DNA of 37,654 nt from Minisyncoccota bacterium (GCA_021734685.1 JAIPIL010000002.1:1-37654); one strand, 5' to 3'; counted from the first letter of the stretch, positions 1-9,904 are shown. Notes: generated by a model not told the origin, from the sequence alone. Program-made: numbers and translations.

Positions 1-78
1 TACGGAGGAAGCAACCTCTTATTCGTTTTCCTAGGACTAGGAATAATCCAATCTTTAAGAAGAGACATAAAAACTTGA
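1..78 (+). CDS. 3' end of a SEDS-family (RodA/FtsW) peptidoglycan polymerase, partial
   Basis: Frame 1 reads YGGSNLLFVFLGLGIIQSLRRDIKT*; the (S)YGGS motif plus a final TM helix is typical of SEDS C-termini. Confidence 0.7.
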   Translation, partial: YGGSNLLFVFLGLGIIQSLRRDIKT

Positions 79-102
79 CAAAAAAAATATAATAAGTAAA
101 AT
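75..102 (+). promoter_or_regulatory. sigma70-type promoter for rpoB
   Basis: TTGACA (75-80), 16 bp, TAAAAT (97-102). Confidence 0.55.
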
Positions 103-277
103 TATGAGGTGTACTAACTGCACTTAATTTATATATTGTGAAAACTCTTATTTCCTTAAGGTAAAAGCAAATATTTTAGGATGTGAACTACTCACATCCT
201 TTTCCCCTAAACAGCATCGGGGCTTTTTTGTTTTATAACTCAGGGGGTATTAATGCCTAAGGCCTTACAACTAAACT

Positions 278-3200
278 ATGCAAAAAATAAAACACTTCGG
301 GAAGAAAAAAGTTCATTTTCCTATTCCTTATCTTTTTAATGTTCAGAAAGAAGCGTGGGAAGATTTTTGGGAAGAAAAACTAAAGACAATTTTTAGAGAA
401 GTTTCTCCTATTCGTGATTATAGCGGAAAACAGTGGGAGATATATTTTTTAGACTATAAACTAGGAAAACCAAAATACAAGAACGGAAAAGAAGCGAAAG
501 AAAACAATGACACCTATGAAGCTCCTTTAAAGATAGAAGTAGAACTTCGTAATCTGAAAACAAAGAAAAGCAAAAAACAAGAGATATTTTTGTGTGATTT
601 TCCGTTAATGACCGAGAAGAAAACATTTATTATTAACGGTGTAGAAAGAGTCGCTATCTCTCAACTTATTCGCTCCCCAGGAGCATTTTTTACGGCACAA
701 AACATAAAAGGAGAAAAGTGTTTTGGAGCAAAGATAGTTCCAAGTCGTGGAACTTGGCTTGAATTTCAAACAGAACCATCAGGATTTATAGGAGTAAAGA
801 TAGATCGTAGAAGAAAAGTTCCCGCAACTACTCTTCTTAAAGCGATCGGACTTCCTAATATGACTTATCCAGGATGGGATAAAGCAACAAACGAAGATGT
901 TTTATCTTTGTTTAAAGATGTTGATAAAGGGGAAGTTAAATTTATAGAAAAAACGCTAGAAAAAGACAGTTCTAAAAACAGAGAAACAGCACTGGTTGAG
1001 ATCTATCGCAGAATGCGCCCAGGAGACATCGTTACTCCCGAAACAGCAAGAGAACTTGTTGAAAATACATTTTTTAACTTTGGAAGATACGACATCTCAG
1101 AAGTTGGAAGATGGAAGATGTGGCAACGCTTACCAGAGTTAAAAGAAAAACTACCTAAAGGAAAAGAAAACAAAAAAATAGGAGTTGATGATCGCCTTCT
1201 TTATCCTGAAGATATTGTTGCAGTTTTAAGAGAAGTGGTCAGAATGAATAACGACAATCAAACTCACGAAGATGAGATAGATCATCTTGGAAACCGAAGA
1301 GTGAGACCATTTACAGAGATGCTTGAAAGCTCTCTTCGCTTAGGTCTTGCTAGGATGGAAAGAAACATTAAAGACAGAATTTCAACATCTGATACAGCTG
1401 GATTAAACCCAGCAAAACTAATCAACTCTCGTCCTTTTGCAACAGCAGTGCAAAGATTTTTCTCCTCTTCCCAGATATCACAGTTTATGGATTGTAATAA
1501 TCCTCTTTCTGAATCAGAACACAAAAGAAGACTAACATCCACCGGACCAGGGGGATTAAAAAGAGAAAGAGCAGGATTGGAAGCTCGTGATGTGCAGGCA
1601 TCTCACTACGGAAGAATATGTCCAATTCAAACTCCAGAAGGTCCAAATGTGGGACTGGTTAGTCACTTTGCGTTATATTCCAGAATGAATCACTACGGAT
1701 TTCTTGAAACACCTTACTTTAAAGTTGAGAAAACAAGAGTGACCTCAGAAGTTGTTTATCTTAACGCTCACGAAGAAGAAAAATATATTATTGCTCACGG
1801 AGGAGTTGAACTTAACGATAGTAAAAAAATAATTTCTGACAAAGTTGAAGGAAGATTAAAAGGAAAACCAGGAATTTTCAATAAAGAAGAGATACAACTA
1901 ATTGATGTTTCTGCGGAGCAGTTGATTTCTGTTGCAGCTTCAATGATTCCTTTTCTTCAAAACGACGATGCAAACAGAGCGTTGATGGGATCTAATATGC
2001 AACGCCAAGCAGTCCCTCTTCTTAATCCCCAAGCACCACTTGTCTCAACAGGAACAGAAGAGAAGATTGCTACTGACTCAGGACATGTAATTGTCAACGA
2101 GAAAGAAGGAGAAGTTGTTGAGATTGATGGAAGACACATCGTTGTTAAAAGTGGAAAAGAAAAGAAAGAATACTTTTTGGAAACATACTCTGAAACAAAC
2201 CAATATACTTGTTTTCACCAAAGACCAGTTGTAAAGAAAGGGGAAAAAGTTAAAAAAGGACAGTTTTTAACAGACGGAGGAGCAGTTGAAAACGGAAGAG
2301 TTGCTCTCGGACAGAATGTTCTAGTTGCCTTTATGCCGTGGAGAGGAAAAAACTTTGAAGATGCTGTTATCCTTTCAGAAAGACTTGTTAAAGATGATGT
2401 TTACACTTCTCTTCATATTGAAAGTTTTACTTGTGATGTAAGAGAAACAAAACTTGGGCCAGAAATAACAACAGCAGATATTCCTAATGTTTCTGAAGTT
2501 AAACTGAAAGATCTTGACGAAGATGGAATTATAAGAGTTGGGGCTGAGATAGGTCCTAACGATATTTTAGTTGGAAAGATTTCTCCAAAAGGAAAATCAG
2601 AACTAACAACCGAAGAAAGACTTTTAAAGGCAATTTTTGGAGAAAAAGCAAAAGATGTTAAAGACACCTCGCTCACTGTTGAGCACGGAAAAAAAGGAAG
2701 AGTTATCGCAGTTAAAGTTTTCACCAGAGATGAAGGACACAAGCTTGATCCAGGAGTAATTAAAAGAGTTGAAGTGAAAGTTGCTCAGATGAGAAAGATT
2801 AAAGCAGGAGATAAGCTTGCTGGAAGACACGGAAACAAGGGGGTTATATCACAAATACTTCCTCGTGAAGAGATGCCTTTTCTTGAAGACGGAACACCAG
2901 TTGATATTGTTTTAAATCCACTTTCTGTTGTTTCAAGAATGAACCTCGGACAGATACTTGAAACACATCTTGGATTAGCAGCAAAGAAAAACAACTACAT
3001 CGCAGTAACCCCATCTTTTTCAGGAGCAAGTGTTCAAGACATTGAAGACGAACTTGAAAAATCAGGACTTCCAAGAGATGGAAAGATGACTGTTTATGAT
3101 GGACAAACAGGAAAACCGTTCAAAAGAAGTGTTACTGTTGGTTACATCTATATGCTTAAGTTAGAGCATATGGTAGAAGATAAACTTCATATGCGTTCAA

Positions 3201-3493
3201 TTGGTCCTTACTCACTAATCACCCAACAACCACTCGGAGGAAAAGCTCAGTTTGGAGGACAGAGATTTGGAGAGATGGAAGTGTGGGCGTTAGAAGGATA
3301 CGGAGCAGCATACACACTGCAAGAGATGCTTACTATAAAATCAGATGATGTTCCAGGAAGAGCAGCCGCTTACGAATCAATCCTAAAAGGAGAACCAATC
3401 CAAACCCCAGGACTCCCAGCCTCCTTTGAACTTCTAGTAGCAGAAATAAAAGCAATGGGAATAGGAATAGAAGTAAAAAAAGACAAAAAATAA
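278..3493 (+). CDS. rpoB: RNA polymerase beta subunit
   Basis: FIINGVERV, SQFMD, HYGRICPIQTPEGPNVGL, GDKLAGRHGNKG and GGQRFGEMEVWALE motifs. Confidence 0.99.
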   Translation: MQKIKHFGKKKVHFPIPYLFNVQKEAWEDFWEEKLKTIFREVSPIRDYSGKQWEIYFLDYKLGKPKYKNGKEAKENNDTYEAPLKIEVELRNLKTKKSKKQEIFLCDFPLMTEKKTFIINGVERVAISQLIRSPGAFFTAQNIKGEKCFGAKIVPSRGTWLEFQTEPSGFIGVKIDRRRKVPATTLLKAIGLPNMTYPGWDKATNEDVLSLFKDVDKGEVKFIEKTLEKDSSKNRETALVEIYRRMRPGDIVTPETARELVENTFFNFGRYDISEVGRWKMWQRLPELKEKLPKGKENKKIGVDDRLLYPEDIVAVLREVVRMNNDNQTHEDEIDHLGNRRVRPFTEMLESSLRLGLARMERNIKDRISTSDTAGLNPAKLINSRPFATAVQRFFSSSQISQFMDCNNPLSESEHKRRLTSTGPGGLKRERAGLEARDVQASHYGRICPIQTPEGPNVGLVSHFALYSRMNHYGFLETPYFKVEKTRVTSEVVYLNAHEEEKYIIAHGGVELNDSKKIISDKVEGRLKGKPGIFNKEEIQLIDVSAEQLISVAASMIPFLQNDDANRALMGSNMQRQAVPLLNPQAPLVSTGTEEKIATDSGHVIVNEKEGEVVEIDGRHIVVKSGKEKKEYFLETYSETNQYTCFHQRPVVKKGEKVKKGQFLTDGGAVENGRVALGQNVLVAFMPWRGKNFEDAVILSERLVKDDVYTSLHIESFTCDVRETKLGPEITTADIPNVSEVKLKDLDEDGIIRVGAEIGPNDILVGKISPKGKSELTTEERLLKAIFGEKAKDVKDTSLTVEHGKKGRVIAVKVFTRDEGHKLDPGVIKRVEVKVAQMRKIKAGDKLAGRHGNKGVISQILPREEMPFLEDGTPVDIVLNPLSVVSRMNLGQILETHLGLAAKKNNYIAVTPSFSGASVQDIEDELEKSGLPRDGKMTVYDGQTGKPFKRSVTVGYIYMLKLEHMVEDKLHMRSIGPYSLITQQPLGGKAQFGGQRFGEMEVWALEGYGAAYTLQEMLTIKSDDVPGRAAAYESILKGEPIQTPGLPASFELLVAEIKAMGIGIEVKKDKK

Positions 3494-3506
3494 AAAGACA
3501 ATAATC

Positions 3507-3620
3507 TGTCATTCCCGCGAAAGCGGGAATCCAGTTTTGAAAATTAAGAAATTGAAAATTCATTGAAAATTGAAAATTGCCAAATTGAAAATTTTAGTCA
3601 GTGTTTTAAAATTCAAAATT
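3507..3620 (+). repeat. Repeat mosaic: type-A palindrome plus GAAAATT heptamer array
   Basis: GTCATTCCCGCGAAAGCGGGAATCCAG at 3508-3534, followed by a GAAAATT-type array. Confidence 0.9.
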
Positions 3621-3635
3621 AATAATTATTAAATT

Positions 3636-6600
3636 ATGCGTGTAGAAGATATTATCGCCATAAAAATAAAACTGGCATCTCCAGACGACATCTTGAAGTG
3701 GTCTTATGGAGAAGTTTTAGAGCCAGAAACAATTAACTACCGCAATCAGAAGCCAGAAAAAGATGGTCTTTTCTGCGAAAAGATATTTGGCCCTGAAAAA
3801 GATTACAAGTGTTACTGTGGAAAGTATCGCAAAGTTAGATTTAAAGGAACTGTTTGTGATCGTTGCGGAGTTGAAGTAACAAAAGCATCGGTCAGAAGAG
3901 AGAGAATGGGACACATTAAACTTGCCTGTCCTATTGCTCACATCTGGTTTTTGCGTGGAATTCCATCAAGAATGGGGCTTGTTTTGGATATTCCGATGAA
4001 AAGATTAGAAGAAGTGGTTTACTTTAGTTCTTACATAATCACTAAAGTTGATGAAGAAAGTAAAAAGAAAGCAGTTAAGGAAATAAACAAAGAGCACAAA
4101 AAGAGAACAAAAGAGATAAATGCTGAATTCAAAGGTGAGGCTCTTGAAGAAGAGTTAGGTAAACTGAAAGAACAGTTTGACAAAGTAAAAGAAGAACTGA
4201 AATCAATCAAGCTTTTACAGATTCATTCAGAAGCAGAGTATCACCGTCTTTCTATGAAGTATGGAGAGATGTTTGAAGCAAAGTCAGGAGCAGAGGCACT
4301 TCGTGAAGTGTTTGAAAAGATTGATGTAGATAGCATAATTGAAGAGCTGAAAAAAGAAAAAGAAAAAACCGCATCGGTTGGAAGAAGAAAAAAAGCAATC
4401 CAAAGACTGAAACTATTTATCAGAATGAAGAAGGCAGGAATTAAGCCCGAGTGGATGTTTGTTACCATTCTTCCCGTTCTTCCTCCTGAGCTAAGACCAA
4501 TAATTCAACTTGATGGGGGAAGGTACGCATCCTCCGATCTAAATGATCTCTACCGAAGAGTTATAAACAGAAACAACCGCTTAAAGTATCTTTTGGAGAT
4601 AGACGCTCCAGAAGTTATTGTTCGTAATGAAAAAAGAATGCTTCAAGAAGCAGTGGATGCTCTTCTTGATAATCAGATGAGAAAGGGGGTTGTCACTCAA
4701 GCATCAACCGGAGGAACTCGTCTCTTGAAGTCGTTAGCTGATATGTTGAAAGGAAAACAAGGAAGATTTCGTCAAAACCTCCTTGGAAAGAGAGTTGACT
4801 ACTCCGGCCGTTCAGTGATTGTAGTCGGACCTAACTTAGAACTGAATCAGTGTGGAATTCCAAAACAGATGGCTCTTGAGATATTTAAACCGTTTGTTAT
4901 ATCAAAAATATTAGAACAAAAACTTGCCTACAATGTCCGAGGAGCGGGAAGATTGATAGAAGAAGGAACCGACGAAGTGTGGGCGATACTTGAAGAAGTT
5001 GTGAAAGGAAAAACGGTTCTTCTGAATCGTGCTCCTACCCTTCACCGTCTTGGAATACAGGCGTTTAAGCCCGTGCTTGTTGAAGGATACGCTCTTAGAA
5101 TTCATCCGTTTGTTTGTGAGGCGTTTAACGCTGACTTTGATGGAGATCAGATGGCGGTTCACCTTCCTCTCTCTGACAGAGCTCAACAAGAAACAAAAGA
5201 ACTGATGCTCTCTTCAAAAAATTTACTAAAGCCAGCAACTGGGCGTCCGGTTGTTTCACCTTCCCAAGATATTGTTCTGGGTTGTTACTTCTTAACAATG
5301 GAAGAAGACGGAGTAAAAGGAGAAGGAAGCTACTTCTCATCTCCTTTTCAAATTGAGAGTGCTTTAGAGTTTGAAAAGATAGATCTTCACGCTAAAGTAA
5401 AAATAAGAATGGATGGAAAAGTGGTTGAAACAACTGCTGGAAGAGTTATCTTTAATAAAGAACTACCAGAAGGAGTACCTTATCAGAACAAAACAATGAA
5501 ATCTCGTGATCTGAAAGGATTAGTTGAGTTTATAATTAGAGAGTATAAAGACAAAGAGCCACACAAGCTTCTTGATAAAATAAAAGATCTTGGTTTTGAG
5601 TATGCAACAACATCTGGTATCTCTTGGGGAATGAGTGATATTGTTGTTCCAAAAGAAAAGAAAGGAATTTTAGAAAAAGCTCAACAAGAGAAAGAGCAAG
5701 TTGAAAAATACTTCAACAAAGGACTTTTCTCCGATGAAGAAAGAAAAGAAAAAGTAATTGAGATCTGGTCAAAAGCAAAAAAACAAGTTGAGGAAAGCAT
5801 TCCAGGTGCTCTTCCTATCGGAGGGTCAGTGTTTATAATCCTTGACTCAGGAGCAAGAGGATCTTGGTCTCAGCCAATCCAGATGTCTGGAATGAAAGGA
5901 TTGGTAGTTAATCCGTCAGGAGATATTATAGAACTTCCGATAAAAAGTTCTTATCACGAGGGATTTCATCCTCTTGAGTACTTTATTTCAACTCACGGAG
6001 CAAGAAAAGGAACTGCTGATACGGCACTTTGTACAGCGCAGGCGGGATACCTTACTCGTCGTCTTATTGATGTTGCTCACGAAGTTATTGTCACTGAAGA
6101 TGATTGTGGCGATACAGAAGGAATTGAAGTGCTTAGAAAAGATGCTGACGACATATATCAAAATATGTTCTTCAAAATTAGCGGAAGAACCGCCTTGGAA
6201 GATATAAAAATAAAAGGAAAAGTTGTTGTTAAGAAAGGAGAAGTTATTGATGCTGAGAAGGCAAAAATAATTGATGAGTCGGGAATTCCTTCTATTAAAA
6301 TAAGATCTGCTTTGAAGTGTAAAACAGTTCAAGGAATATGCTCTAAATGTTACGGATGGGATATGGGAACAAACGAGATGGCAGGAAAAGGTTTCGCCGC
6401 AGGAATTATTGGTGCTCAGGCAATCGGAGAACCGGGAACTCAGCTCACAATGAGAACCTTCCACACTGGAGGAGTTGCTGGCGGTGCTGACATAACCCTT
6501 GGACTTCCTCGTGTTCAAGAGATTTTTGAAAGAAGAGTGCCAAAAGGAAAAGCAGAAATTTCAGATGTTGACGGAAAAGTTGTTGATATAACCGAAAACA

Positions 6601-7202
6601 GAGTAATTAAAATAAAACCAAGTGACAAGAAAACAAAGAAGAAGACAATTAATTATCAGATAGAACCAAAGAAAGCAATTTTTGTTAATGTTGGTGACAC
6701 TGTGAAAAAAGGAGACTCTCTTTGTGAGGGAAACATTGATATTAACAAGTTATTTAAACTAAGAAAAGGAGAATATACTCAAAAATACCTGTTAAAAGAA
6801 CTTCAGAAAGCGTATGTTTCTCAAGGAGTTGATATTCACGACAAACATGTTGAAGTTATTATTAAGCAGATGCTTTCAAGGGTTAGTATAACTGACCCAG
6901 GAGACAGTTCTTTTGCCCTGAAAGAAACAGTAGAGAAGAGAGCATTTTTAGCAGTTGAAAAAGAAATAAAGAAGAAGAAAGGAAATCCTCCAAAAGCCGA
7001 AGAAGTGCTTTTAGGAATATCAAAGGTTGCACTTACAACCGACTCCTTCTTCTCCGCCGCATCATTCCAACAAACATCAAAAGTTCTTATTGATGCTTGC
7101 CTTGAAGGAAAGGTGGATAACCTAACCGGAATGAAAGAAAATGTAATCATCGGAAAACTAATCCCATCAGGATCAGCATTCCAAAAAACAACAAAGAAAT
7201 AA
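3636..7202 (+). CDS. rpoC: RNA polymerase beta' subunit
   Basis: N-terminal Zn finger, GKRVDYSGRSVI, NADFDGD catalytic motif, GEPGTQLTMRTFH. Confidence 0.99.
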   Translation: MRVEDIIAIKIKLASPDDILKWSYGEVLEPETINYRNQKPEKDGLFCEKIFGPEKDYKCYCGKYRKVRFKGTVCDRCGVEVTKASVRRERMGHIKLACPIAHIWFLRGIPSRMGLVLDIPMKRLEEVVYFSSYIITKVDEESKKKAVKEINKEHKKRTKEINAEFKGEALEEELGKLKEQFDKVKEELKSIKLLQIHSEAEYHRLSMKYGEMFEAKSGAEALREVFEKIDVDSIIEELKKEKEKTASVGRRKKAIQRLKLFIRMKKAGIKPEWMFVTILPVLPPELRPIIQLDGGRYASSDLNDLYRRVINRNNRLKYLLEIDAPEVIVRNEKRMLQEAVDALLDNQMRKGVVTQASTGGTRLLKSLADMLKGKQGRFRQNLLGKRVDYSGRSVIVVGPNLELNQCGIPKQMALEIFKPFVISKILEQKLAYNVRGAGRLIEEGTDEVWAILEEVVKGKTVLLNRAPTLHRLGIQAFKPVLVEGYALRIHPFVCEAFNADFDGDQMAVHLPLSDRAQQETKELMLSSKNLLKPATGRPVVSPSQDIVLGCYFLTMEEDGVKGEGSYFSSPFQIESALEFEKIDLHAKVKIRMDGKVVETTAGRVIFNKELPEGVPYQNKTMKSRDLKGLVEFIIREYKDKEPHKLLDKIKDLGFEYATTSGISWGMSDIVVPKEKKGILEKAQQEKEQVEKYFNKGLFSDEERKEKVIEIWSKAKKQVEESIPGALPIGGSVFIILDSGARGSWSQPIQMSGMKGLVVNPSGDIIELPIKSSYHEGFHPLEYFISTHGARKGTADTALCTAQAGYLTRRLIDVAHEVIVTEDDCGDTEGIEVLRKDADDIYQNMFFKISGRTALEDIKIKGKVVVKKGEVIDAEKAKIIDESGIPSIKIRSALKCKTVQGICSKCYGWDMGTNEMAGKGFAAGIIGAQAIGEPGTQLTMRTFHTGGVAGGADITLGLPRVQEIFERRVPKGKAEISDVDGKVVDITENRVIKIKPSDKKTKKKTINYQIEPKKAIFVNVGDTVKKGDSLCEGNIDINKLFKLRKGEYTQKYLLKELQKAYVSQGVDIHDKHVEVIIKQMLSRVSITDPGDSSFALKETVEKRAFLAVEKEIKKKKGNPPKAEEVLLGISKVALTTDSFFSAASFQQTSKVLIDACLEGKVDNLTGMKENVIIGKLIPSGSAFQKTTKK

Positions 7203-7213
7203 GAAAACAAAAG

Positions 7214-7251
7214 AAAAAAAGCTGTTGACACCTGGTGTTAACAGCTTTTTT
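7214..7251. terminator. Bidirectional intrinsic terminator between rpoC and tRNA-Gly
   Basis: A-tract, GCTGTTGACAC-CTG-GTGTTAACAGC, T-tract. Confidence 0.85.
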
Positions 7252-7259
7252 ATTAAGTG

Positions 7260-7331
7260 AGCGGGCGATGGGACTCGAACCCACTTCACGACCTTGGAAG
7301 GGTCGGGTAATAGCCATTATACGACGCCCGC
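7260..7331 (-). tRNA. tRNA-Gly(TCC), CCA not encoded
   Basis: Reverse complement GCGGGCGTCGTATAATGGCTATTACCCGACCCTTCCAAGGTCGTGAAGTGGGTTCGAGTCCCATCGCCCGCT: cloverleaf, TCC anticodon, TTCGA T-loop, U discriminator. Confidence 0.95.
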
Positions 7332-7355
7332 ACTTAAATAAAATACTACAAACAT

Positions 7356-7383
7356 ATTATAGCAAAAAATTTAAATAAGTAAA
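7356..7383 (-). promoter_or_regulatory. Promoter for tRNA-Gly
   Basis: Minus strand TTTACT, 16 bp, TATAAT with an extended-10 TG. Confidence 0.6.
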
Positions 7384-7643
7384 CGCTTCCAAAGGAAGCG
7401 CGCGAAACAACGCAAAACAAAAACGCAAAACAACGCAAAACTTCTTCCACCGTCATTGCGAGGAGTGAAACGACGTGGCAATCCCATCATCCTTGCAGAA
7501 ACCATGAGATTCTTCGCTCCGCTCAGAATGACGGCGGAGTGTCATTCCCACCACCCCTGTCATTCCCGCGAAAGCGGGAATCCAGTTTAGTGTAGTTTCG
7601 CGTCCCAGTTTCGCGTCGTTTCGCGCAAACCACAAAGTGGTTT
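7384..7643. repeat. Nested repeat mosaic: cap hairpin, CGCAAAA array, REP doublet, type-A REP, inverted array, cap hairpin
   Basis: CGCGCGAAACAACGCAAAAC.. at 7398-7440; doublet 7451-7533; type A 7559-7585; inverted GTTTCGCG array to about 7626. Confidence 0.9.
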
Positions 7644-7644
7644 G

Positions 7645-7672
7645 TTGACATTATCCATAATAAATATAGAAT
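7645..7672 (+). promoter_or_regulatory. Promoter for the receiver-domain gene and holA
   Basis: TTGACA, 16 bp, TAGAAT. Confidence 0.6.
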
Positions 7673-7712
7673 AAAGTAATAGAAGTATTATCCATAATAA
7701 TAAATATATATT

Positions 7713-8087
7713 ATGTCAGAAAACCAAAAAAAAGTTCTCGTAATAGAGGATGAAGAGATAATAAGGGGAATTTTACAAAAGAAGATAGAAAATGAGGGGT
7801 ATCAAGTTGAGATTGCTGTTGATGGTGAAGATGGAATCTCAAAAATAAGAGAAGTTATGCCGGATATAATTATTCTTGATATTGTTATGCCTAAAATGGA
7901 CGGATTTGCAGTTCTTGAAGAGATGAAGAAAGACGAAAACATTGCCAGCATTCCAGTAATCATTGTTTCCAACTCTGGACAACCAGTAGAAATTGACAAG
8001 GTTAAAGAGTACGGAGTTAAAGACTGGATAGTGAAAACAGAGTTTGATCCTCAAGAAGTAATAAACAAAATAAAAGCACAACTATGA
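7713..8087 (+). CDS. Stand-alone response regulator receiver domain (CheY-like)
   Basis: VLVIEDE, PDIIILDIVMPKMDG (phosphoacceptor Asp), PVIIVSN, conserved Lys; no output domain. Confidence 0.93.
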   Translation: MSENQKKVLVIEDEEIIRGILQKKIENEGYQVEIAVDGEDGISKIREVMPDIIILDIVMPKMDGFAVLEEMKKDENIASIPVIIVSNSGQPVEIDKVKEYGVKDWIVKTEFDPQEVINKIKAQL

Positions 8088-9016
8088 TCGTTTTTTTGTA
8101 CGGAAAAGACACTTACCGTTCATTTGAGAAACTACAAGAGATAATAACTCAACACAAAAATAAATACGGAAATAGTTTGAATATAGAGTTTTTTGACGAG
8201 AAGTCATCTCTTAAAGAGCTTCTTGACTGCAGTAAACAGTTTTCAATGTTTACAAGTAAGCGCCTCGTGATAATAAACGGGGGCTTTTCTGTTTGGAGCG
8301 AAAACAAAGAGTTTTCAAAAAGCATTGATAATTTAAAAGACTCAGATGATGTCTTTGTTTTCAGAGAAGAAGCGTTACTGAAATCAAAAATAAAAATTAT
8401 AGAAAACAAGAAAGAGAAAGGGAAAGTTATGCTTCAAGAATTTTCTATTCTTTCTAAAGAAAAATTATTCAACTGGACAAAAAATATATTCATAAAAAAC
8501 GGCACTGAAATTGACAATGATGCCGTTTCACACATAACAAAAATAGGAGGCGACAACCTCTGGAGAATTAAAAGTGAATCAGAAAAGCTTTCTCTTTACA
8601 AAAAAAAGATAACAAAAAAAGACGCTGAATTTTTAGTAAAAACAGACATAAGTGCAAATATATTTAACACAATAGATGCAATCGGTGAAAAAAATAAAGA
8701 AAAAGCCCTCTCTTTCATCTACGATCACTTAGCAAAAGAGGATCACCCTCTCTACATCTTCTCAATGATTGTTTTCCAGTTCAGAAACTTGATAACCGTA
8801 AAGGATCTGAAAGAAAGAAACACTGAGTACAACGAAGCAAAGAAAAAAAGCGGACTTCACCCCTTCGTCTTTCAAAAAAGCTACAACCAAGCAGAAAAGT
8901 TCACTTTCCAAGAACTAAAAGACCTATACAAAAAACTATTCAGACTAGACCTAAAATCAAAAACAGGCCAAATAGAACCAACAACAGCCCTCCACCTATT
9001 CATATTCGAGTGCTAA
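8084..9016 (+). CDS. holA: DNA polymerase III delta subunit
   Basis: FLYGKD N-terminus, SMF..KRLVII, ESEKL, HPFV and DLKSKTG C-terminal motifs; ATGA overlap with the upstream gene. Confidence 0.88.
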   Translation: MIVFLYGKDTYRSFEKLQEIITQHKNKYGNSLNIEFFDEKSSLKELLDCSKQFSMFTSKRLVIINGGFSVWSENKEFSKSIDNLKDSDDVFVFREEALLKSKIKIIENKKEKGKVMLQEFSILSKEKLFNWTKNIFIKNGTEIDNDAVSHITKIGGDNLWRIKSESEKLSLYKKKITKKDAEFLVKTDISANIFNTIDAIGEKNKEKALSFIYDHLAKEDHPLYIFSMIVFQFRNLITVKDLKERNTEYNEAKKKSGLHPFVFQKSYNQAEKFTFQELKDLYKKLFRLDLKSKTGQIEPTTALHLFIFEC

Positions 9017-9021
9017 GCTAC

Positions 9022-9215
9022 CGCGCGCGAAACAACGCAAAACAAAAACGCGAAACTACGCAAAACTAGATTCCCGCTTTCACGGGAATGACAAACCCAT
9101 GTCCAACCCGGGGTTGGACATCAGTGAAACTCCGTCATTGCGAGGAGCGAAGCGACGTGGCAATCCCATTATCCTTGCAGCATCCATGAGATTCTTCGCT
9201 TCGCTCAGAATGACG
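9022..9215. repeat. Repeat mosaic: CGCAAAA array, reverse type-A REP, orphan palindrome, REP doublet
   Basis: Reverse type A 9069-9092; ATGTCCAACCC-G-GGGTTGGACAT 9099-9121; doublet 9134-9214. Confidence 0.9.
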
Positions 9216-9221
9216 GTGCAT

Positions 9222-9271
9222 TAAACAAAAAAAAATGACACAGATCAGACCTGTGCCATTTTTTTTGTTTA
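9222..9271. terminator. Bidirectional terminator between convergent holA and rpsT
   Basis: A-tract, TGACACAG-ATCAGAC-CTGTGCCA, T-tract. Confidence 0.75.
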
Positions 9272-9276
9272 GAGAG

Positions 9277-9540
9277 TTACTTTTTTGCGGTAATTGATTT
9301 TGTTATTCTTGCTTTTTTTCTTGAAGCGTTGTTTTCTTTTATTATATTTTTCTTAGCTGCTTTATCAATTGCTTTGTATGCTTTAGGAAGAAGTTTTTCA
9401 GCATCTTTCTTCTTGTTATTTGAAACAAGAGTATCTATCTCCTTGATAGTATCTTTCATCTTTCTCCTATAACGCAAATTCAAAACACGACGCTTCTCGC
9501 TTTGTTTTAGTCTTTTTTTAGATGATTTTATATTTGGCAT
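9277..9540 (-). CDS. rpsT: 30S ribosomal protein S20
   Basis: MPNIKSSKKR..., AIDKAAKKNIIKENNASRKKAR. Confidence 0.97.
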   Translation of the reverse strand: MPNIKSSKKRLKQSEKRRVLNLRYRRKMKDTIKEIDTLVSNNKKKDAEKLLPKAYKAIDKAAKKNIIKENNASRKKARITKSITAKK

Positions 9541-9593
9541 ATTTTTATTACTTTATGACATATAAAATAGCATTTTTTAACACTTTAGTCAAC

Positions 9594-9853
9594 AAACCAC
9601 TTCGTGATTTGCGCGAAACAACGCAAAACAAAAATGCAAAACAACGCAAAACTTTTTCCACCGTCATTGCGAGGAGCGAAGCGACGTGGCAATCCCATTA
9701 TCTTTGCAGGAACTATGAGATTCTTCGCTTCGCTCAGAATGACGGTGAAGTATCATCTCCCCTCCCTCGTCATTCCCGCGAACGCGGGAATCCAGTTTTG
9801 AAAATTAAGAAATTGAAAATTCATTGAAAATTGAAAATTGCCAAATTGAAAAT
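9594..9853. repeat. Repeat mosaic: cap hairpin, CGCAAAA array, REP doublet, type-A REP, GAAAATT array
   Basis: Doublet 9663-9743; type A 9769-9795; heptamers to about 9853. Confidence 0.9.
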
Positions 9854-9904
9854 TTTTATAACTCTTACTTTTTTTAATGTTATTAATTTGTTATACTTAC
9901 TCCA

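Noticed and set aside
278..7202. Short RpoB/RpoC as truncation or pseudogenes
   Set aside because: All conserved motifs from N- to C-terminus are present; the length reflects missing lineage-specific insertions.
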